This document shows positions 1 to 8,453 of a DNA stretch of 41,767 bases, piece after piece. The position numbers were made by a program, and so were the translations under genes. The stretch is from Myxococcota bacterium (GTDB lineage Bacteria > Myxococcota_C > UBA6777). The stretch spans positions 1-41,767 of the forward strand of contig JAKLKB010000053.1 of NCBI GenBank assembly GCA_023150835.1. Direction: 5' to 3'. Positions within the stretch are counted from its first letter, which is position 1, and each line of letters starts with the position of its first letter. The notes beneath the pieces are model-generated. The model was not told the DNA's origin and ran no database searches. It worked only from the letters and a program-made list of their open reading frames with translations.

Positions 1-150
1 GCGCTTCGCCATCCTTCCCTCCCTCCCAACACACGGGCACTTCACCCGCCTACACTTCGGCCCAACCTACGGGCGCTTCGCCATCCTTCCCTCCCTCCCA
101 ACACACGGGCGCTTCGCCATCCTTCCCTCCCTCCCAACACACGGGCGCTT
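1..150 (+). repeat. 36-bp in-frame tandem repeat (GASPSFPPSQHT), about 4 copies, one diverged
   Basis: Unit GGGCGCTTCGCCATCCTTCCCTCCCTCCCAACACAC is read directly; it lies in frame with the STAND CDS. Confidence 0.9.
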
Positions 151-3100
151 CCCCCACGTATTCTCCGTCACGAAGCGTCTCTCCTGTCCATCAGCCCGAT
201 CCCACCACGGTGGCCCCGCTGGATCGGGACGCTTGGAAAAAAGCTGTTGAACAAGCACTCGCACAGCGCATCGAACAACGCACCCGCGAACAAGGCCCAC
301 CGCCTCCTGCCCCTCCCCCCACCGCAGCCAACACACAATCCACCACGCCCGAAAACCGGACGGCTGGACACTTGCGACTTCCCACTCCCGCCAATCCCAA
401 CCGTTCGGGCGAAACAGACGAATTCAGCCCCAAAAGCACTTCTTCACGAACATCTCCGCCCCCCTCCACCCAACAAACCCAACAAACTCTTCCTCCCCCC
501 CCCACTTCGCGGCCCACACGCACCCCTTCTGCTGCACAGCCACAAACGCGATCAGCCTTGCATCCCCCCACGTCCCCCCCATCAACAAAAGTCCATCGCC
601 CCGAAGCCACCGAGCAGATCCACATCACAAAACTCCGCCAAGAACTGCGCGATGGCCTTCTTTCCCCCCAAGAAACTGGCGTTCTCGAAGAAGTCCTCGA
701 TGAAGACGACGGCGCTCTCTCTTCCCCACCCACCGAAAACAGCCTCCCGCTGCTTTTCTCCACTTCGCCACGCCCTTCACCACTCCACCAACCCGCTCAA
801 ACCACCGAAACCACACGCCCTTCACCACTCCACCAACCCGCTCAAACCACCGAAACCACACGCCCCTCACCACTCCACCAACCCGCCCAAACCACCGAAA
901 CCACACGCCCTTCACCACTCCACCAACCCGCCCAAACCACCGAAACCACACGCCCTTCACCACTCCACCAACCCGCCCAAACCACCGAAACCACACGCCC
1001 TTCACAGGCTCCCCCAAAACCTTCCCCATCGCAGACGTCTCACTCCACCCAACAAAAAGCCCATCAACCCGAAGAATCCACCGATCCAAGCATCCAGATC
1101 CAACTCCCGTGGGAACAGATCGAAGCGGATGCCCTCGACGCCTCCCTGCCCCCACCCACCCTCCAGCCCCAAACGCCTCTCTCCGAGCGCTCGGGACTCC
1201 ACGAACCGAGCGACGCCTACGAAAAACTGCTCGAAGAAGCCCAATTCATCGACGAATACGAACAGCCCACACAACTCAATCGCGTCTCTCCATCTCACAC
1301 CACAACGCCCCTTCCCTTCGCCCCCATCGATCCATCCAAACCTCATCCCTTCGCCCCTTCCGAACGCGGCCAGTCGCACCCTCACCCGCACACTTTTGAA
1401 GAAGAAGACCTCGACAGCCCCACCCACCACCACGAAGACGCACTCGATCTCTCCGAAGACAACGGCTCCAAACCCATCGCAGTTCCCGACGAATTCGATC
1501 TCTCCGCAGTTCCCGACGAATTCGATCTCTCCGCAGTTCCCGACGAATTCGATCTCTCCGCAGTTCCCGACGAATTCGATCTCTCCGCAGAAAACACAAA
1601 CACCGCAGATCACCAAGAAGAACAAGAAAAACACGCAGATCTCGACTCTGTCGGCACGTATAGCGACGATCTCGCCGAAGATCTCGCCACCCGCGAGATC
1701 CGCCGCCCACTTCTGCCCTCCACTTCCCCGATGCACCGCTCGGCCTCCTCTGACCCCGCTCACCAAGACGCACAACACGCCGCCGATCTCGATCTCCCCA
1801 CCCACCCCCACGATCCAGACGATCCAGACGATCCCGCCTCCTACCTTGATCCCGAAGATCAATACATGGACCCCGATGATGGGGACGATCTGCTTTCTCT
1901 CCACCGCCTCGAAGACGATCCCGCACTCCCCGAAGAAAACACCAGCGGCCTCGATCTCCATACCCTCCACTCCCTCATGCTCGACCCCCACCGTGACCCC
2001 AGCCAAGCCCTCTGGGCCTTCTTTGATGGCACCCACGAACTCGAAGAACTCGGCGCTCCCCCCGAAGAATCCTCCGCTCCCAAACGAAAAAAACACGCCA
2101 ACACTTACACCCCCACCGCTTCCTCCTACACGACGGCTCCCCTCTCTTCCGCAACAACCACCCCCCCCACCGACCCCGAAGACGCCATCCTCCAAGAGAT
2201 CCACCCACACGATATCCCTCTCGTTCCTTCTTCGGGCCGCGACACCACAGGCCCCATCACCCACAATAGCCTCGAAGACGTCGCCAACTACAGCGCCCTC
2301 CAACTCTGGGTCCAACTGGATGTCGAGATCCCACGACGCGGACTCTCCCTCCCCCTCAGCCAACAATGGATGCTCCTCAGCGACCTCAGCGAACAACTCG
2401 CCGATCGCATCCGCGAACACGGACTCTCCCTCGACGAACAACGCCCCGATCGCCTACACGCCCACTCCCGTCAAGGTCTCCCATGCCTCCTTCGCACCCT
2501 CCAAGCCGCTCGTACCATCCAAGATGTCGTGTACGCTCACCCTCCCCTCGCCCAAGATGCCCGCGCTCGCGCTCGTTGTGTCCTCACCCTGCTCACCGAT
2601 GACACCTCCGAAAACGAGTCCCGCGACACCGCACAACGCCTCTTCCAACACGCACCCGTCGGCCAGATCTGGCTCGATTGGTCCGCACAACTCCTGCTCA
2701 AAGAACACGAATCCCTCCACGAGATCGCCCTCCCTGACCTCGAAGAACCTGCCTACCAACTCGCATGGGAACCCCAAACCACCGCCCAAACCACCGACGA
2801 AAAAGGCGACGCCAAACTCCCCTTCCTCGGACGCCTCGACATCCTCCGCTCTCTCGAACAGGCATGGGTCCACACCCAACACGGCAATGTCCAGATCGTC
2901 TCTCTCGTCGGACAATCCGGCAGTGGACGCAGCCGCATCCTCCAGCAATGGCGTAACCTCCAACAACCCACCCTCCTCTTTTGGGGACGCGCCGAAGATT
3001 GCCCCCAAGAACGCAGCCCCTCCCCCTACCTCCAAAGCCTCCTCCAAAGCCACCTCCACCACCTCCACCTCGATGGCCCCCAAGCCCTCTACCAATCCAT

Positions 3101-5462
3101 CGCCACTCACGCACAAGGCGACCCCCACTGGCAAGCGTGGACCTCTCTTCTCTTTGAACTCTGGAACCCCGAAGCCTCCCGCGATCGACAAATCGAAGAC
3201 GCCATGCGCTGGTACATCCACCTCTGCGCACAACGCGCTCCCGTCGCCCTCCTCCTTGATGACCTCTTCCTCCTTGACCTGCGCAGCCAACGCTTTCTCG
3301 ATGCACTCCTACGCGACCCCCCCCCCCGACTCTTTGTCCTGATCGCCGCTGCACCCGGCGAATTTGACAGCCTTTCCCTCTCTCTTCGACACTCCCCCAC
3401 CACGCTCGAAGTCCCTCCCTTCACCCCCGAAGAAAGCCGCGCACTCCTGCGCAACGCCTCCCTCGACTCCCCCCTCTCCCCTCGCCAACAAGAACAACTC
3501 CTCCTCGAAAGCGAAGGAAACCCCCGCATCCTCCTCTCCCTCCTCCAAAGCGTTCAGCGCCAATTCGACCAACGCGAAACCCTCTCCGATAACCTCCGCA
3601 TCCCCCAAACCGTCGAAGGCATCCTACTCAAACATCTCCAAGGACTCAGCAGCATCGCCCAAGATACCCTCCGAAAAGCCGCCATGATCGGCGATATCTT
3701 TTGGCAAGGAGCCATCGAAAGCCTCGAACGCATGAACCTCGCCGAAGGCTCTTGGGGACTCCAAGAAGGCATCGCCATCGCCCAACTCGACGACCGCTCT
3801 CACGTTCTCCTCGAACTCGTCGACAAAAAACTCATCCAAAAACAACTCCAGTCCTCCCTCCCCGGCGAAACCGAATTCCGCTTCCACCAAAAACTCCTCC
3901 GCCAAATGATGCTCCAACAAATCCCCCTCTCCATCCGACAACAAATGCACCGCCGCGTCGCCGAGTGGATGCAGCTCCAAGACCAAGATGGCCTCCTGAT
4001 CGAACCCATCGTCGCTCACCTCAAACAAGCCGACGCCCGCAACGAAGCCGCTCGCACTCTCTTTGAAGCCGCCAAAAAACAACGCAGCCTCGGCAAAAAA
4101 CAAGAAGCCCTCCGCCTCATGGGCGAAGCTCTCGAAGAACTCAGCACCCCCCAACGCGCCACCCGACTCCTCTGGCTCGATACCATGCTCCGCACCGCCC
4201 TTCAACTCGGCGATATCCACGCCACCGCACATCTCTCCCAGCTCGCCCTCCAACTCTCTTGGCGCTTCAACAACATCCGCTGGGCCGCACAAGCCTACCT
4301 CCACCTCGGCATCTGCGCTCGGATGCTCTACCAAACCAACCCCGCACGCGATCACCTCCTCAACGCACAAGCCCTCGCCGAACGACAACACGACGATGTC
4401 CTACGCATCGAATCTTGGCTCCAACTCGCCCTGCTCGCTCTCGACGATGGACAGCGCGATGAAGCCCATCGCTGTATGCAAGCCGTCGACGTCATCCTCG
4501 AATCCCCTCCACCTTTCCCTCCCCCCACTTCACCCCACTTCGTCCGCTCTCATCTCGCTCGCATCGATGGCCGATGGGCCGACGCCGATCGACACCTCCA
4601 ATCCGCTCGCTCCGACGCCAGACGCGAATCCTCCGGCTATCTCTACGCCCGCAACCTCCTCAAAGAAGCCGAACTCTACCTCCTCGCCGCCGACGACGAA
4701 GCCGCCCTCCGCCTCCTCGGCGAACCCACCGAAACCTTCCGACGACAAGAGTGTCTCCTCGATCTCACCCAAGCCCTCCTCCTCGCCTCCCAAGCCCTCC
4801 TCCAACAACGCAAAACCCAACAAGCCCACGAACGCCTCCTCGAAGCTTGGCAGGCCACCCAGATCACCGCCTTCGACGTCCACATCGGACAAGTCGCCGC
4901 CGCTCTCGCTGCCTCCCACACCCTCCAAAACCAAGCCGACGCTTCCATCCACTTTGCCCACATCACCGAACAAAAACTCCGCACAGGCTCCCCCGCCGAA
5001 CGCGCCCTCATGTACTTCTTTCTCGGCGAAGCCTGCGCCGGACTCCCCAAAAACCGACGCAATGAACTCCTCTCCCGCCTACCCCAACGACTCCCCGAAG
5101 GCGGTCTCAGCACCTTCCTCTTCCTCAAATCCGTCGAACTCTTCCAAAAAGCCAAAGACACTCCCCGCCACTGCAACGCTCTGCTTTCCCTCGGACGCGC
5201 TCTCCTCAACGACGGACACCTCGATATCGCCTACAACGTCCTCGAACGCGGCTCCCGCGAAGCCCATGACGCCGGACTCTCCCTCCTCTCCAAACGCTTT
5301 GAAAACCAAAAACGCCTCCTCTCCGATGACGTCCCCCCTCCTCCCGATCTCCATCGACCTTCCTCCGCAACCCTTGTCGTCCGTGTCGACCGACTCAAAC
5401 CCACCTCTGTCCCCCCTATCCCCGAACTCCCTCAACATCTTCAGAAAAAGAAACCTTCTTGA
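3..5462 (+). CDS. Large STAND/AAA_16-type NTPase with TPR-like C-terminus and long low-complexity N-terminus; 5'-partial (frame is open to the window edge)
   Basis: The ORF-track frame 210..5462 has no stop back to position 3 (ASPSFPPSQHTG...). Motifs: LPFLGR, Walker A-like GQSGSGRS (2910-2933), Walker B-like LLLDDLFLLD, SEGNP, FRFHQKLLR, then Ala/Leu-rich helical repeats. This matches the myxobacterial (kinase/cyclase)-AAA_16-TPR architecture. Confidence 0.8.
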   Translation, partial: ASPSFPPSQHTGTSPAYTSAQPTGASPSFPPSQHTGASPSFPPSQHTGASPTYSPSRSVSPVHQPDPTTVAPLDRDAWKKAVEQALAQRIEQRTREQGPPPPAPPPTAANTQSTTPENRTAGHLRLPTPANPNRSGETDEFSPKSTSSRTSPPPSTQQTQQTLPPPPTSRPTRTPSAAQPQTRSALHPPTSPPSTKVHRPEATEQIHITKLRQELRDGLLSPQETGVLEEVLDEDDGALSSPPTENSLPLLFSTSPRPSPLHQPAQTTETTRPSPLHQPAQTTETTRPSPLHQPAQTTETTRPSPLHQPAQTTETTRPSPLHQPAQTTETTRPSQAPPKPSPSQTSHSTQQKAHQPEESTDPSIQIQLPWEQIEADALDASLPPPTLQPQTPLSERSGLHEPSDAYEKLLEEAQFIDEYEQPTQLNRVSPSHTTTPLPFAPIDPSKPHPFAPSERGQSHPHPHTFEEEDLDSPTHHHEDALDLSEDNGSKPIAVPDEFDLSAVPDEFDLSAVPDEFDLSAVPDEFDLSAENTNTADHQEEQEKHADLDSVGTYSDDLAEDLATREIRRPLLPSTSPMHRSASSDPAHQDAQHAADLDLPTHPHDPDDPDDPASYLDPEDQYMDPDDGDDLLSLHRLEDDPALPEENTSGLDLHTLHSLMLDPHRDPSQALWAFFDGTHELEELGAPPEESSAPKRKKHANTYTPTASSYTTAPLSSATTTPPTDPEDAILQEIHPHDIPLVPSSGRDTTGPITHNSLEDVANYSALQLWVQLDVEIPRRGLSLPLSQQWMLLSDLSEQLADRIREHGLSLDEQRPDRLHAHSRQGLPCLLRTLQAARTIQDVVYAHPPLAQDARARARCVLTLLTDDTSENESRDTAQRLFQHAPVGQIWLDWSAQLLLKEHESLHEIALPDLEEPAYQLAWEPQTTAQTTDEKGDAKLPFLGRLDILRSLEQAWVHTQHGNVQIVSLVGQSGSGRSRILQQWRNLQQPTLLFWGRAEDCPQERSPSPYLQSLLQSHLHHLHLDGPQALYQSIATHAQGDPHWQAWTSLLFELWNPEASRDRQIEDAMRWYIHLCAQRAPVALLLDDLFLLDLRSQRFLDALLRDPPPRLFVLIAAAPGEFDSLSLSLRHSPTTLEVPPFTPEESRALLRNASLDSPLSPRQQEQLLLESEGNPRILLSLLQSVQRQFDQRETLSDNLRIPQTVEGILLKHLQGLSSIAQDTLRKAAMIGDIFWQGAIESLERMNLAEGSWGLQEGIAIAQLDDRSHVLLELVDKKLIQKQLQSSLPGETEFRFHQKLLRQMMLQQIPLSIRQQMHRRVAEWMQLQDQDGLLIEPIVAHLKQADARNEAARTLFEAAKKQRSLGKKQEALRLMGEALEELSTPQRATRLLWLDTMLRTALQLGDIHATAHLSQLALQLSWRFNNIRWAAQAYLHLGICARMLYQTNPARDHLLNAQALAERQHDDVLRIESWLQLALLALDDGQRDEAHRCMQAVDVILESPPPFPPPTSPHFVRSHLARIDGRWADADRHLQSARSDARRESSGYLYARNLLKEAELYLLAADDEAALRLLGEPTETFRRQECLLDLTQALLLASQALLQQRKTQQAHERLLEAWQATQITAFDVHIGQVAAALAASHTLQNQADASIHFAHITEQKLRTGSPAERALMYFFLGEACAGLPKNRRNELLSRLPQRLPEGGLSTFLFLKSVELFQKAKDTPRHCNALLSLGRALLNDGHLDIAYNVLERGSREAHDAGLSLLSKRFENQKRLLSDDVPPPPDLHRPSSATLVVRVDRLKPTSVPPIPELPQHLQKKKPS
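771..1004 (+). repeat. 45-bp in-frame tandem repeat x5 (RPSPLHQPAQTTETT)
   Basis: Near-perfect copies seen directly in DNA and protein. Confidence 0.95.
1479..1589 (+). repeat. 27-bp in-frame tandem repeat x4 (AVPDEFDLS)
   Basis: Perfect copies of GCAGTTCCCGACGAATTCGATCTCTCC. Confidence 0.95.
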
Positions 5463-5646
5463 GCTCTCTCAAATAGAAACTGCGTCACCCCTCTCTCTTT
5501 TCTTCTTGTGCCTCCCCCTCTTTCCGCGCTAAAACCATGCCTCAACTCTTCTCCGCCCACCACCGCACGTCATTCATCCCCAGCGGGCGTAACCCAATGG
5601 CCCACCCCACCGCTCTTTTCGGGCCTTGCCGCAGAAAGGAACCCCC

Positions 5647-7515
5647 ATGCACATGGCTTGCCCAAACCAACGAACGTCCCCGATCCAACACGCCGATCGA
5701 ATCCCACGCCCCTTCGCCTCCTCCCTCTCCCCAAGTTCTCGCCCCTTCACACCCTCTGTTCGCCCAAGTTCCCGCCCCTTCACACCCTCTGTTCGCCCAA
5801 GTTTGATCGCCCTCTTCCTGCTGCTGATCGCCTCCGCACTCTTTGTTCTCGCTTGCGATCCCACCCCACCCACCGAAACCACCACCGAAACCACCACCGA
5901 AACCACCACCGAGATCTCCGCTGAATCCACCCCTGACGCACAACCCGACAACACCACAGGCCCCGACAACACCACAGGCCCCGACAACACCACAGGCCCC
6001 GACAGCACAACCGAATCCACTCTCCCCGAGACCACTCCATCCGAAGCGCTGCCCGAAGAATCCGGCCCCATCGATGTTTCCGAGATCACTCCCGAAACCA
6101 CTCTCCCCGAAACCACTCTCCCCGAAACCACCCTCCCCGAAACCACGCCCGAAACCACTCCGCTCCAACAGATCGCCTTGCAAGCACGCGCTCTCGCCCA
6201 ACAGACGGGCAACTTGCTGGTCTCCAACGGCATCCCATTTGCTTCGGGGCAACTCACCTCGATCTCAGGACTCACCCTCAAAAGCGGCAACCAAGAGATC
6301 GCTCTCTTCGCCAAGATCCTCGCCCGCTGGCAAGACCAATCCATCCGTGCGATCCTGCTTCAATTCCAACGGCCTTCCACCCAATTCCCCGCCACACTCA
6401 CGCTCGAACTCAATGGCTCCCCCCAAATCGCCCGACGCGCAGAAACACCCATCACATGGACGCTTCCACAAGCCATCGCATTTCCCGATAAGACCGCTCT
6501 TTGTGACTCCATGATCGGCGGCCCTTTGATCCCGCACAACACCAACCCCACCTTCCAAGCCTACGACACCAACCAGACGACCTATTACAACCAACTCAAA
6601 GGCAACACCGAATGGGGCAATGATGCTCGCCTTGATGGCTATTACTCGACCGCGCTCACATGGTACTTGCTGTTTTTGCGCACAGGAGACTCCGAGATCT
6701 TTTCGTGGGCGCGCCGCGAAGCCGTCCACTACCGCGACGATCAGATCATCCAAAGCGGCCCCAACATCGGTCGGATGAACGGACGCACCGAGCCTCGCTA
6801 TCTTTATCTGCGTGCAATGGAACTGGACTACCTGCTCACAGGCGATCCCAAAACCCTCCAAGTCTCCGAGATGATGGCCGAATATCTTTACTCGCTCCAC
6901 CCAACCGACTGGTATCACTACAAAAAAACCGACCGACGCTTTTGGACCGAACGCCGCGCTGGATTCGCTCTTCTCGGCCTCTTGGTCTATGGCCGATTCA
7001 GCGGCAAAACCAAATACACCGACCGCGCCAAAGAAATCCTCACCAAGATCCTCGCCACCCAAGCCGAATGGCCAAACGGTGGCTGGATTCATGGGTTGTA
7101 TTATCACGACTCTGCCGAATGTGCCGACCAAAACGCCTTCGGCGGCTCGCCCTTTATGACGGGACTTCTCTACGAAGGCTTGCTCGCTGCCCATCACTGG
7201 CTCCAAGATCCCCGCATCCTCCCCGCCATCCGCCAATCCACCGAGTGGCTCTGGACCCAAGGCTGGCGACAAACCGGCTTCCTTTATCTGATCGGTTGCG
7301 GAAATAGCTATACCGACGCCTCCCCCGACCTCAACCTCTTGCTCTCTCACGGCTTCGCTTTCCTCTATTGGGCCGACGGCAAAAAACCCACCGACCTCCA
7401 ACGCGCACAAAGCGTCTTCCAAGAAGGCGTTAAAAACGCCTACCTCAAAGCCCGAAAACAATACAACCAAAACTACCGCTCCAGCGGCGCAACCCTGTAT
7501 TACCTCACCAAGTGA
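5647..7515 (+). CDS. Lipoprotein with Thr/Pro/Glu-rich linker, PcRGLX/YetA-like N-terminal barrel and alpha/alpha-toroid (putative polysaccharide lyase or glycosidase)
   Basis: RBS GAAAGGAA before ATG 5647 (ORF track starts at 5626). Hydrophobic stretch plus lipobox FVLA-C (Cys at 5854). TTTE, PDNTTG and PETTL repeats. SNGIPFASGQL...LARWQDQSIRAILLQF resembles the YetA/PcRGLX N-domain. Helical repeats YLRTGD and YLLTGD. Confidence 0.6.
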   Translation: MHMACPNQRTSPIQHADRIPRPFASSLSPSSRPFTPSVRPSSRPFTPSVRPSLIALFLLLIASALFVLACDPTPPTETTTETTTETTTEISAESTPDAQPDNTTGPDNTTGPDNTTGPDSTTESTLPETTPSEALPEESGPIDVSEITPETTLPETTLPETTLPETTPETTPLQQIALQARALAQQTGNLLVSNGIPFASGQLTSISGLTLKSGNQEIALFAKILARWQDQSIRAILLQFQRPSTQFPATLTLELNGSPQIARRAETPITWTLPQAIAFPDKTALCDSMIGGPLIPHNTNPTFQAYDTNQTTYYNQLKGNTEWGNDARLDGYYSTALTWYLLFLRTGDSEIFSWARREAVHYRDDQIIQSGPNIGRMNGRTEPRYLYLRAMELDYLLTGDPKTLQVSEMMAEYLYSLHPTDWYHYKKTDRRFWTERRAGFALLGLLVYGRFSGKTKYTDRAKEILTKILATQAEWPNGGWIHGLYYHDSAECADQNAFGGSPFMTGLLYEGLLAAHHWLQDPRILPAIRQSTEWLWTQGWRQTGFLYLIGCGNSYTDASPDLNLLLSHGFAFLYWADGKKPTDLQRAQSVFQEGVKNAYLKARKQYNQNYRSSGATLYYLTK

Positions 7516-7618
7516 GCGCAAGCGTGGAGAGGGGAAAAGGCAAAACCCGATGGTTCTAGGGGGGTCGCTTTTTTACATGGGACTTAAGAATTTCGATAGC
7601 TTTTGTGGGGTTTCACCC

Positions 7619-7858
7619 CATACGCGCCTTGTTAAGGTGGAAACCTCGTAGAGTCGGTCTTGATCGCCTTTTTTTTCTCTCCCCCCCTCAATCCCCCCGT
7701 GAACGGGGGGAAGTTGGAACGGGCAGCGTCTGCGTCTCGTGCAAACAGCGTGCGTCATGAAAAAACAAAATCCCCGAGGCTTCCGACTTTCGCTCCCTCC
7801 CCTGTTCACGGGGGAGGGCGGGGTGGGGGGCTTTCCTCCGCTTAACCTAACGCCTATG
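7619..7858. mobile_element. IS231-like (IS4 family) non-autonomous MITE, 240 bp, with 11-bp target duplication
   Basis: Imperfect 18-bp TIRs CATACGCGCCTTGTTAAG (7619-7636) and CTTAACCTAACGCCTATG (7841-7858). Flanked by the exact direct repeat GGGTTTCACCC (7608-7618 and 7859-7869), which matches the IS231 target consensus GGG-N5-CCC. Internal GC palindromes at about 7693-7710 and 7794-7818. Confidence 0.8.
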
Positions 7859-7985
7859 GGGTTTCACCCCACACCCCACAAGGGACCGATGGCCCCTTGA
7901 CCCCATGTTGGCGAAAAGATCAATGGTTTTCCAGACGGACGCCTCTGTCGCTTCAAGCAGTGCGAGCACGGGTTTTTTTCGCCAA
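7859..7985 (+). repeat. Dispersed double-hairpin repeat (GGG-N5-CCC, AAGGG...CCCTTGACCCC), copy 1
   Basis: Aligns by eye over about 125 bp with 30459-30580. Confidence 0.7.
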
Positions 7986-7993
7986 TCGCGTAA

Positions 7994-8169
7994 TACGAAA
8001 TCCGCCCATTGTGATCATAAAACGTAGGGGCAGCCCCCTGTGGCTGCCCAACAATAGGAGGGAAAAGATACAGAGGTGGACGACGATGACTTGCGGCAGC
8101 CCCCTGTGGCTGCCCAACAATAGGGCGTCTACGTACTGCCCTTTGTGTACACATCTTTCGGATATCGTA
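7994..8169 (+). mobile_element. TA-flanked MITE carrying GTAG-type REP hairpins
   Basis: Ends TACGAAATCCG (7994-8004) and CGGATATCGTA (8159-8169) are inverted repeats. REP GTAG-GGGCAGCC-CCCTGT-GGCTGCCC at 8024-8049, second hairpin at about 8095-8115. Confidence 0.7.
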
Positions 8170-8453
8170 CAACTCCTATTTACAGAGAGCTACGCTCTTG
8201 CAGAAAGCTTCGCTTTTCTCCCCCCTCTCCCCGCAGATGAGGGGGAGAAAAAACACCGCCATTCTTCGAGGTTTCCGCCTTGAGTTTGCGCCCCTAGTGC
8301 CCTCCGCTGTGCTGTGTCTTCTTTTTTCTGGAGAACTTGACAATCTCGCGGTCCTACGGTCATCTTGCGCGAGCGCCGTTTGAGCGTTTCCTGCCCACAG
8401 GCCGAAACACCACCGTTGATGCGCCCCGTCGCCCAAACACGGAAGACACCCGT

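Noticed and set aside
1-150. 36-bp repeats resembling a CRISPR array
   Set aside because: The copies are directly adjacent, the apparent spacer is a diverged copy of the same unit, the array is in frame in a CDS, and there are no cas genes.
247-5532. Long alternative-frame ORFs (247..3342, 4063..5532 and antisense ORFs)
   Set aside because: Shadow ORFs caused by the C/A-rich skew; low-complexity P/S/T/K/N sequence with no motifs, overlapping a well-supported gene.
7841-7858. ACCTAAC/GTTAGGT resembling an integron attC core site
   Set aside because: Better explained as part of an IS231-like TIR with a target duplication; no integrase, no paired R''/R' boxes and no cassette array.
8214-8251. 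Inverted repeat TTTTCTCCCCC...GGGGGAGAAAA as a terminator
   Set aside because: No gene ends nearby; it cannot be distinguished from another palindromic repeat relic.
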